32,000 nt of DNA. Source: Nanobdellota archaeon. GTDB lineage: Archaea; Nanobdellota; Nanobdellia; Nanobdellales; Nanobdellaceae. Every line of letters starts with the position of its first letter. Position 1 is the first letter of the stretch. The stretch covers positions 390,001 to 422,000 of the forward strand of contig AP031373.1 of assembly GCA_042850255.1 (NCBI GenBank), given 5' to 3'. A program made the translations under genes and the position numbers. Under the pieces are notes generated by a model. The model did no database searches, was not told the origin of the DNA, and worked only from the letters and a program-made list of their open reading frames with translations. Below are positions 9,079-17,066 of the stretch, piece after piece.

Positions 9079-9359
9079 ATATAACTAATATTACCTTCAT
9101 AAATATATATTATTCTGTATCCTTCAGGTATAATAATACCATCAATTGTACAATTCTGAACTAAATAAACTTTTTCATTTATCACTTTATAGTAACTCTC
9201 ATTATATAATTGATATAATTGATTACAATTTATAGACATTATATTATTACTATCTATATTATTTTTTAGATTAAATAAATATCTAAATGCAAAAAAAGTT
9301 GCTACTACTATTAATATAAAACTAATTATAGTCCAGTATATATATCCTTGACTCTTCAT
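9075..9359 (-). CDS. Small pilin-like protein
   Basis: 94 aa. N-terminus MKSQGYIYWTIISFILIVVATFFAF. It has ATGA overlaps with both flanking genes. Confidence 0.5.
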   Translation of the reverse strand: MKSQGYIYWTIISFILIVVATFFAFRYLFNLKNNIDSNNIMSINCNQLYQLYNESYYKVINEKVYLVQNCTIDGIIIPEGYRIIYIYEGNISYI

Positions 9360-11326
9360 AATTGTATTGTTGTTGGTAAATATGGGCCAAATATTGTATA
9401 AACTGCTATTATTCCTATTATTGAAAATATAAAATAAAATATAGTTCCAGTTATAAGATTTTTTCCTATATAATATGAAATCATTGTATTATCGAATCCA
9501 TACTTAATTCCTGCAGTCATAAAGGATGTTATAGCTACATATTCTATAAAAAATATTCCTATAATTGCCTCAAAATAAGTTGGTGGGATTAAATTATATA
9601 AATTAAATGTATTTACAACAAAGCTAACTAAACTAAATGATCCACCTAGTCCTAGTGATTGGCTTATCATTTGGAAAAAATAAGCAATTGCAAATAATAC
9701 AGAAACTATAGCATTATTGAATACAGTTACTAATGAAGAAATAAATGGAATTAAATCTCTAGAAGTCATATCTAACATACTAATAATTTCATTTAATATT
9801 TTTCTAATATTATATCTTATATTAATAACATTTTCTAAGTTATAGGATATATTATAAGTAATCTGAGATAAAGCTTCTGGACCCTTTACTATTGAGTATA
9901 CAATTAATTGCATAGTTTCTCTTATTAATTTAGATGGGTAATAATTTAGAGAACCAACTTTTTTATCAAATATTGATGATATCAAATCATAACCTTTTCT
10001 TAAATTATATAATGTTATTTTTAGAAATCTCTCCATTACTCCAGAAGATTTTATTATTTTATAATTTTCATAAGTTTTTTGTACAACAATTTCCATTGGA
10101 TATCCATCCTCTAAAAGTGATGCAAATTCATAAGTAACTATTGGAAACTCGTTTTCCATTTCTTCTATCTGATTTATTTTCTTTACCTTTTGAAAAGAAG
10201 TTAAATAATAGTAAGAACCTACTCCTAATCCTAATCCTAATGGTAGCATTAGTGTTAAAAATGAATAAACTATTGCCCTATCTTGATAAACTATATTAAG
10301 ATAACCATTTAAATCTCCCGGAGGTAAATATAGTATAGATAAAGATAAAGTAATTAGGTGATAAATTCCTATTATAGATAAAGAACCTAAGATTATAGAA
10401 ATAATAATAGCTGGAATTTCTTTATTTCCTACTTTAAATTTTCCTGGTTTTGGTAAATCTTTAGCTAATGATAGATCTGGTGTAGAAAAAGCAAATGGAT
10501 TTTTAGATAAAAGATTCTGAGCAATTAGAACTGTTATAATTGGTAGTATAATTATATAACTAAATGCTATAAAATAAAAACTTACAGTACTCAATAGAAA
10601 TACAGATAATATTGGTAGCATGATTAAACTTACTAATGGCATCATTACCAAAAATGATACAATAACTGTAGCAGGTTCTTTTAATTCATCTACATATGAT
10701 TGAGATTTTTCTAAAGATTTTTTTAGTATCCAATTTAATATTCTATCTACTATTTTATTTATTTCTTCTATAGAATTTTTATATTTAATATTTACTAAAT
10801 GAGTCATTGCATATACAAAATCTGGATTTAAATAGAACCATCTATATTGATAAAATTGTAATGCAGATTCTATATCTTTAAATCTATTTGTTTCTAAATC
10901 ATAAACTAATTTTTTGAAATCATCTGCTAATATGCCTTTCATATAGTATGCTACATATTGTATAGCTCCTTCTAAATTAGGATTTCTTTTTATATATAAT
11001 GCTAAATATAATATGATCCAAATAGCCTCAGAAGTTACCTGTATTTTTGCAATTTGTGTATAAAATATTGGATAATACATTAAATAAAAATCTAATATTA
11101 GTAAAGAAATAAACAAAGAAAAAGCTAATTGAAAGGATATAAAATTTAATACAAAAAATATAACTATAGAGAAGATAAGTAGTGATATAGTAGAAGAAAA
11201 TATTTTGTTAGGATCTGTATTTAATTTATTTAACCATAAATGGAAAGCATATATTTTATATAATCTATCTGGTGCTTTTAATTTTATTAAATTGAAATTA
11301 TTGTAAAAATATTCAAAAAAAGACAT
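9356..11326 (-). CDS. FlaJ/TadC/PilC-like polytopic membrane platform protein (two T2SS-F-like cytoplasmic domains)
   Basis: 656 aa. TM clusters alternate with two roughly 100-aa helical soluble segments. One starts at PIFYTQIAKIQVTSEAIW...NLEGAIQYVAYYMKGILADDFKKLVYDLETNRFKDIESAL. The other starts at EMENEFPIVTYEFASLLEDGYPMEIVVQKTY... Both follow the T2SSF pattern (x-lp-l-ll-G-sl-al, g-l-ef-i, g-al). Size and topology match archaeal FlaJ/TadC. The call rests on pattern recognition only. Confidence 0.6.
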   Translation of the reverse strand: MSFFEYFYNNFNLIKLKAPDRLYKIYAFHLWLNKLNTDPNKIFSSTISLLIFSIVIFFVLNFISFQLAFSLFISLLILDFYLMYYPIFYTQIAKIQVTSEAIWIILYLALYIKRNPNLEGAIQYVAYYMKGILADDFKKLVYDLETNRFKDIESALQFYQYRWFYLNPDFVYAMTHLVNIKYKNSIEEINKIVDRILNWILKKSLEKSQSYVDELKEPATVIVSFLVMMPLVSLIMLPILSVFLLSTVSFYFIAFSYIIILPIITVLIAQNLLSKNPFAFSTPDLSLAKDLPKPGKFKVGNKEIPAIIISIILGSLSIIGIYHLITLSLSILYLPPGDLNGYLNIVYQDRAIVYSFLTLMLPLGLGLGVGSYYYLTSFQKVKKINQIEEMENEFPIVTYEFASLLEDGYPMEIVVQKTYENYKIIKSSGVMERFLKITLYNLRKGYDLISSIFDKKVGSLNYYPSKLIRETMQLIVYSIVKGPEALSQITYNISYNLENVINIRYNIRKILNEIISMLDMTSRDLIPFISSLVTVFNNAIVSVLFAIAYFFQMISQSLGLGGSFSLVSFVVNTFNLYNLIPPTYFEAIIGIFFIEYVAITSFMTAGIKYGFDNTMISYYIGKNLITGTIFYFIFSIIGIIAVYTIFGPYLPTTIQL

Positions 11327-11331
11327 TATCT

Positions 11332-12078
11332 TTAGGATATGCTATTTAGCTGTGGATATGGTATATTTAATAAGAATTGACACAATGGTACTGGTGTGTT
11401 ACCATTCATATTTAATGCAGGACAGTTTCCTACAACGTATAATATTTCATTAGTAACATTCAGATTTAATGTACAGTTATAATTTGTATTATAATAGTCT
11501 AATACCTTTAGCAATGCTAAGAATACCTGATTTGTTATCCATGTTGGAGTTGTAGAAGAACAAGCTTGTGGTCCTGGATATAATAATTGTGATGGAGTAG
11601 AGAAATATATATTTTCTTGTAATGTTGTTGCGTTAAATATAGTAGCTGGTGAATAGTTACCAAATACCAATGAAGTAGCAGTTACAGAATCATACTGTAA
11701 ATTATCTATATAATTCTGACATTCTAGATACATACAATCTAGTGGAGATACAGGATATCCCTGGTATTCACACTGATTATTTCCTCCATATAATTGTAAT
11801 GCCACACTACATGGTACAGAATTTGCACATAAATAATAACCTGGTTGTGGCTCTACAATTCCATTTCCTATGCTTACATATTTTGAACAGAAATCTATAT
11901 AGCTATTTTGACATGCACTTACACATTCACTAACTGCTTGTTGTTTTTCTGTGTTAGAAATTTGAGAAATATGTGAAGCTTGTTGTTGAAATAATTTTAT
12001 TACTATTACTGCTACTACTAACATTATTATTATTACGAAGATCAATTCTACTGCCATATCTACAGCCCTCTTCTTCAT
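11332..12078 (-). CDS. Pilin-like protein with Class-III-signal-like motif (first gene of the array), Cys-rich
   Basis: 248 aa. MKKRAVDMAVELIFVIIIMLVVAVIVI resembles the archaeal class III signal pattern (basic, small residue, then x-S/M-x-E-L/F-hydrophobic). The mature part is Cys/Tyr/Asn/Pro-rich with sequons. Confidence 0.55.
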   Translation of the reverse strand: MKKRAVDMAVELIFVIIIMLVVAVIVIKLFQQQASHISQISNTEKQQAVSECVSACQNSYIDFCSKYVSIGNGIVEPQPGYYLCANSVPCSVALQLYGGNNQCEYQGYPVSPLDCMYLECQNYIDNLQYDSVTATSLVFGNYSPATIFNATTLQENIYFSTPSQLLYPGPQACSSTTPTWITNQVFLALLKVLDYYNTNYNCTLNLNVTNEILYVVGNCPALNMNGNTPVPLCQFLLNIPYPQLNSIS

Positions 12079-12100
12079 ACGATGATAAAGATATTTTGGT

Positions 12101-12110
12101 ATTTATAAAT
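12101..12110 (-). promoter_or_regulatory. TATA-like box for the 12078..1 array
   Basis: ATTTATAAAT is centred about 27 nt upstream of ATG 12078. The same geometry is seen at other operon heads in this window, which implies a leaderless or near-leaderless mRNA. Confidence 0.35.
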
Positions 12111-12113
12111 TTA

Positions 12114-12521
12114 TTAATAATGTATTATAAAAAGAAGCTCTTTACCTTCTATTAATTTTTCAATTATTTTTCTATTAATATCTCTAGCGCTTTTATTAGA
12201 GTATATTGCTAATGTTCTGTTATCTATATAATTACTTTTTCTTATTACTATACTTTTTTCATCTGATAATTTTAAATTTTTTGACCCGTATGCTATTAGA
12301 TTATCAATTAAATCATCCACCTTTATTTCTACTTTTATTCTTCCTTCATCTAATAAATATTCTTTTAGATCTAATGGTATATCTTTTACTGAATGAGTAG
12401 AGTTAATACCTATTATGCAATCTCCTCTCTCTGTTAAAAAATTTTCTTTTGTTATTTCTAAAGTAGATTTATGAGTTGCCTTAATTAACCTATCTCCCTT
12501 AGCACTTATTACTAATTTCAT
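12114..12521 (-). CDS. DUF371-family protein
   Basis: 135 aa. KATHKSTLEITKENFLTERGDCIIGINS matches the conserved DUF371 core (THxTTxEiTke..LT.RGDCIiGv) as I recall it. Confidence 0.5.
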   Translation of the reverse strand: MKLVISAKGDRLIKATHKSTLEITKENFLTERGDCIIGINSTHSVKDIPLDLKEYLLDEGRIKVEIKVDDLIDNLIAYGSKNLKLSDEKSIVIRKSNYIDNRTLAIYSNKSARDINRKIIEKLIEGKELLFIIHY

Positions 12522-13353
12522 TTAAGTATTCCAATATTCTTCTAGTTACATTTTTACCGACATATTTTTCAAATCCTTCATATTGAAATATATTATGTAC
12601 ATCTATAAGATAATAATTATCATCTTTTATTAATACATCATATGCAAATATTTGTAAATCTGCTTTTTCCATTATTTTATATCCTATTTCCTTTAATTCT
12701 TCATCTATTTCATAAGGTTTTCCATAGGCTCCTTGACTTATATTTCCTTTAAAATTATTTTCATTTATTCTTTGCATACCTCCAAAAGGTTCGTTAATGA
12801 ATATAACTCTAATATCTTTTTCATATGGTATATATTTTTGAAAGATCAAAAATCTAAGATTTCCTCTTTTATTTATTAAATAATCCTCTAAAAATCTATA
12901 TAATTCTTCTTCATTATTTATTTTATATACAAATTCTCCTCTATGTATCAATTGATGTTTTATTATCATTGGAAATCCTATTTTCTTAATTACATGTTCT
13001 ATATTATCTAAAGAATATATTTTAGCAAACTCTGGTATATTTACATATTTATATAATAGATGATAAAACATTGCTTTATACATTATAGTTTCCTTTACAT
13101 GTATTCTATTTACAACATTTTTTCCATTATCATATAAAAACTTAGCTAGTAGATGTGAATCGTAGGAAGCTGTTGCTCCGACGAAAAAATAATAAGTATC
13201 GTAATTTAGTATCTTGCTTTCTTCAAATGGAAATATTTCTATTTTATCCATTTCTAATATCTCTATATTATCAAAATTTCTTACCTCTTCCTTGATTCTT
13301 TTTATCCTATAATCGTCAATATCTTTTCTTATTAGTATAGCTATTTTGTTCAT
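12499..13353 (-). CDS. ATP-grasp fold ligase (RimK-like)
   Basis: 284 aa. An N-terminal pre-ATP-grasp region is followed by GFPMIIKHQLIHRGEFVYKINNEEEL, FIFQKYIPYEKDIRVIFI and a C-terminal YLIDVHN-type segment, typical of RimK/LysX/MptN-like ligases. The substrate cannot be assigned. Confidence 0.55.
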   Translation of the reverse strand: MNKIAILIRKDIDDYRIKRIKEEVRNFDNIEILEMDKIEIFPFEESKILNYDTYYFFVGATASYDSHLLAKFLYDNGKNVVNRIHVKETIMYKAMFYHLLYKYVNIPEFAKIYSLDNIEHVIKKIGFPMIIKHQLIHRGEFVYKINNEEELYRFLEDYLINKRGNLRFLIFQKYIPYEKDIRVIFINEPFGGMQRINENNFKGNISQGAYGKPYEIDEELKEIGYKIMEKADLQIFAYDVLIKDDNYYLIDVHNIFQYEGFEKYVGKNVTRRILEYLNEISNKC

Positions 13354-13403
13354 TTTAATATCTAATATAAAAAAATTATAAGTTTTTAATATAAATTAGG
13401 AAT

Positions 13404-13715
13404 ATGAGTAAAAAAAGTTCTAAGTCTACTAAAAAATCTTCTAAAGAAAAAAAGAATGTAAGAAAATTGAGGGATATTTCTGAAATAGATATAACCAAAC
13501 ATTATTTGGTACCAAAGCATGAATTATTATCTGAAGAAGAAAAACAAGAATTATTAAAGAAATATAATATTAGATTATCCGATTTACCAAGAATAAAGAT
13601 ATCGGATCCTGCTATAAAGAATTTAGGAGCAAAACCAGGAGATATAGTAAAAATAATTAGAAATTCACCTACTGCTGGGGAAAGTGTATATTATAGGGTT
13701 GTTGTTGAGGATTAA
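13404..13715 (+). CDS. rpoH: DNA-directed RNA polymerase subunit H (Rpo5)
   Basis: [69 protein letters not shown] is a canonical RpoH core. The ATG ORF adds a roughly 27-aa Lys/Ser-rich N-terminal extension. An in-frame TTG at 13467 would give a normal-length protein, so the start is uncertain. Confidence 0.85.
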   Translation: MSKKSSKSTKKSSKEKKNVRKLRDISEIDITKHYLVPKHELLSEEEKQELLKKYNIRLSDLPRIKISDPAIKNLGAKPGDIVKIIRNSPTAGESVYYRVVVED

Positions 13716-13739
13716 ATTTATAAATATATTTTATAAATA

Positions 13740-15266
13740 ATGGTAAAAGTGGAAACAAATAATAACAATTATATTCTATTCTATAAATATTTGGAAGAAA
13801 ATGATTTGTTAGAGACACATCTAAGATCGTTCGAATATTTTGCAGATGTGGAAATGACAAAAATTGGAAGAGAATTGGGCAATTTTTCTCCAAGAATACT
13901 GCCATCTGGATTAAAAGATTTACAGTTTAAAATAGAAAAAATATGGTTAAGTAAAGCTGATTTCATGGAAAAAGAAGGAGTATCTAGATTAATATACCCA
14001 AATGAAGCGAGGATTAGAAATATAACATATTCTGGAATGGTTTATATGGAATTTTCAGTATTTGAAAATGAGTCTTTTAAAAGTAAATATCAAGTTGGAA
14101 TTGGAAGATTGCCTATAATGATAAGATCAAAATATTGTAATACTTATGGTTTATCTGAAGAAGAATTAATTAGAATAGGTGAAGATCCAGTAGATAGAGG
14201 TGGATATTTTATAATTAATGGAAGCGAAAAAGTAATTATTTTATCTGAAGAACTTGCTACTAATAGATTTTATGTACAAGAAGATTCTAGTCCTGTTAAA
14301 TATAGTGGATATTTATTATCCGAATCTTTAACATTACAAAAAGCACATAGATTAGAATTAATGAAGGATGGTATATTATATTTAACATTTGAAAGATATA
14401 GAAGGGTTCCTTTAATTCCATTATTAAAGGCTTTAGGTTTAGAAAAGGATGTAGAAATTGCTCAATTAATTAATGAAGATGACAATTTTGAAGAAACTTT
14501 TATTAATTTATTGGAATTTCAAGATATACAAGATAGAGACTCTGCAATATCATATTTAGCTGATAAATTAAAATTAACTGGTTCTCCAGAAGTAAAAAGA
14601 GAAAAATTATTGGGTATATTGGATACAGTTTTATTACCACATATTGGAACTTCTCAGGAAGATAGATTATGGAAAGCCTATAGTTTAGCAAAGATGGCTA
14701 GAAAATTATTATTATTAGCTCATGAAAAAATAGAAGAAGATGTAAAAGATCATTTTTCTAATAAAGTTGTTAGAACTCCTGGAGAATTGTTAAGAGAATG
14801 GTTTTTAATCACTCTAAGAACATTGATGAATGATGCAATGTATCAATATGAAAGATTAATAAGAAGAGGAAAAATACCTTCTTATAATTCTATATTTAGA
14901 TCAAAAATATTTACCGAAAGATTTGAATCTGCAATGGGTACTGGAAAATGGACTAGAAATAGAACTGGTATTTCTCAACAATTAGATAGAACAAATAAAA
15001 TTGCTGTATTATCTCATTTAACTAGAGTAGTTTCTTCTATATCTGAGGAAGCTGAATTATTAGAAGCTAGAATGGTTCATGGTACACATTGGGGCAGATT
15101 AGATTTAATTGAAACTCCAGAAGGTCATGAGACAGGATTAAGAAAAAATTTAACCATATTATCTAGAATAAGTTTTGAGGAAGTAGATAGAAACGAACTA
15201 TTAGATAAATTAAAAGATATCGGATTAAAGCCAATAGTTAAAAATATTTCTCATAAAGGAAAATAA
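13740..15266 (+). CDS. rpoB2: DNA-directed RNA polymerase subunit B'' (N-terminal part of split Rpo2)
   Basis: 508 aa with N-terminal RpoB motifs (GRLPIMIRSKYC, DRGGYFIINGSEKVII, SHLTRV, HGTHWGRLDLIETPEG). The stop is directly abutted by the next ATG. Confidence 0.9.
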   Translation: MVKVETNNNNYILFYKYLEENDLLETHLRSFEYFADVEMTKIGRELGNFSPRILPSGLKDLQFKIEKIWLSKADFMEKEGVSRLIYPNEARIRNITYSGMVYMEFSVFENESFKSKYQVGIGRLPIMIRSKYCNTYGLSEEELIRIGEDPVDRGGYFIINGSEKVIILSEELATNRFYVQEDSSPVKYSGYLLSESLTLQKAHRLELMKDGILYLTFERYRRVPLIPLLKALGLEKDVEIAQLINEDDNFEETFINLLEFQDIQDRDSAISYLADKLKLTGSPEVKREKLLGILDTVLLPHIGTSQEDRLWKAYSLAKMARKLLLLAHEKIEEDVKDHFSNKVVRTPGELLREWFLITLRTLMNDAMYQYERLIRRGKIPSYNSIFRSKIFTERFESAMGTGKWTRNRTGISQQLDRTNKIAVLSHLTRVVSSISEEAELLEARMVHGTHWGRLDLIETPEGHETGLRKNLTILSRISFEEVDRNELLDKLKDIGLKPIVKNISHKGK

Positions 15267-17066
15267 ATGGTTTACGAGGTTTATATTGATAGTATTTTTA
15301 TAGGTTATGTAGATGACGCAAATGATTTTATTGAAAAGTTTAAGGAACAAAGGAGAAAGGGTATAATACCAAATTTTATAAATATTTACTATGATGAAAA
15401 CAGGAAAATAATAGAAATAAATACTAGAAAAGGTAGGATATTAAGACCTTTAATTGTTGTTAAGGATGGGAAACCATTATTAACTCAAGAACATATAGAG
15501 AAATTAAAGAAAGGAGAATTAAAGTGGAGTGATTTAGAGAAAATGGGAATAATAGAATGGGTAGATCCTGCAGAAGAAGAGAATTTAAAAGTGGCTTTGT
15601 TTCCTGAAGATATTAAAGAAGATACAACACATTTAGAATTATCTGCACTAATAATATTTGGTATATCTACATCTTTAGTTCCATTTTCTAATAAAAATCA
15701 GTCTGCAAGATTAAATAGAGGTGTAAGACCTCAAAAACAGGCTCATGCTATATATACGTTAAATTTCTTTAATAGATTTGATACAGATATATCAGTTTCA
15801 TATTATCCACAACAACCAATTGTTAGAACATATTCTTATCCAATATTTTCTAAAGAATATTTAATTGGGCAAAATGTAATAATTGCTGTGATGACACAGG
15901 AAGGATATAATATAGAAGATGCTATAATTATGAATAAAGGATCAATTGATAGAGGATTATTTAGATCTGTATATTTAAGATCATATGAAGTTGAAAGATT
16001 AAGATATCCAGGTGGATTACAAGATGAAATTACAATACCAGATCCTTCTGTAGAATTATATAGAGGTAGAGATAAATATAAAAATTTAGAAGAAGATGGG
16101 ATTGTTGCTCTAGAATCTTATGTCAATCCTGAAGATGTTTTAGTTGGTAAAGTTTCTCCTCCAAGATTTATTGGATTAACATCTGAAAGCATAGCAACTG
16201 GTTTAAGGAAAAAAGATTCATCTTTAACTACTGGAGGAGAAGAAGGATGGGTTGATGCTGTTATATTAACAGAATCTTCAGATGGAAATCCTTTAATAAA
16301 AGTTAGATTAAGAGATTTAAGAATACCAGAATTAGGGGATAAATTTACTGTTAGACATGGACAGAAAGGTGTTTTAGGTATGATAGTTGACGAATCAGAT
16401 ATGCCATGGTCAACTTCTGGATTAAGACCTGATATAATATTTTCTCCAGCAGGTATTCCTTCAAGAGAAACTGTTGGATTATTATTAGAAGTACTTGGAG
16501 GTAAAGTTGGAAGTTTAAGTGGAAGATATATAGATGGTACTCCATGGTATGGCGAAAAGGAAGAAGATTTAAGAAAAGAATTATTATCTTTAGGCTTTAG
16601 GGAAGATGGAACAGAAACATTATATAATCCTTTAACTGGAGATGAGTTTAATGCTAAAATATTTATTGGAAGTATTTATTATTTAAGATTAAAGCATATG
16701 GCAAAAAATAAATTACAAGCAAGAGCTACAGGTCCTGTTACATTATTAACTAAACAACCTACTGAAGGAAAATCAAAGAAAGGAGGTTTAAGATTCAGTG
16801 AGATGGAGCATGAAGTTTTAGCTGCACATGGTGCTTCATATTTATTAAGGGAAATGTATTCTTATGATGATACCATCGTTTATGTTTGTGAAAATTGTGG
16901 ATCTCTTGCTGTTGAAGATAATATAAGAAATAGAGTTTATTGTCCTGTTTGTGGTGAAACTGAAAAAATTTCTAAATTAAAAGTATCTTATGGTTTCACC
17001 TTATTATTAAAAGAACTAATTTCTTTAGGTATTTGGCCAAGATTAAAGTTAAAATATAAGTTTTAA
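15267..17066 (+). CDS. rpoB1: DNA-directed RNA polymerase subunit B' (C-terminal part of split Rpo2)
   Basis: 599 aa with C-terminal RpoB motifs (GQNVIIAVMTQEGYNIEDAIIMNK, RHGQKGV, YYLRLKHMAKNKLQARATGP, GGLRFSEMEHEVL) and a C-terminal Zn ribbon CENCGS...CPVCG. Confidence 0.9.
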   Translation: MVYEVYIDSIFIGYVDDANDFIEKFKEQRRKGIIPNFINIYYDENRKIIEINTRKGRILRPLIVVKDGKPLLTQEHIEKLKKGELKWSDLEKMGIIEWVDPAEEENLKVALFPEDIKEDTTHLELSALIIFGISTSLVPFSNKNQSARLNRGVRPQKQAHAIYTLNFFNRFDTDISVSYYPQQPIVRTYSYPIFSKEYLIGQNVIIAVMTQEGYNIEDAIIMNKGSIDRGLFRSVYLRSYEVERLRYPGGLQDEITIPDPSVELYRGRDKYKNLEEDGIVALESYVNPEDVLVGKVSPPRFIGLTSESIATGLRKKDSSLTTGGEEGWVDAVILTESSDGNPLIKVRLRDLRIPELGDKFTVRHGQKGVLGMIVDESDMPWSTSGLRPDIIFSPAGIPSRETVGLLLEVLGGKVGSLSGRYIDGTPWYGEKEEDLRKELLSLGFREDGTETLYNPLTGDEFNAKIFIGSIYYLRLKHMAKNKLQARATGPVTLLTKQPTEGKSKKGGLRFSEMEHEVLAAHGASYLLREMYSYDDTIVYVCENCGSLAVEDNIRNRVYCPVCGETEKISKLKVSYGFTLLLKELISLGIWPRLKLKYKF

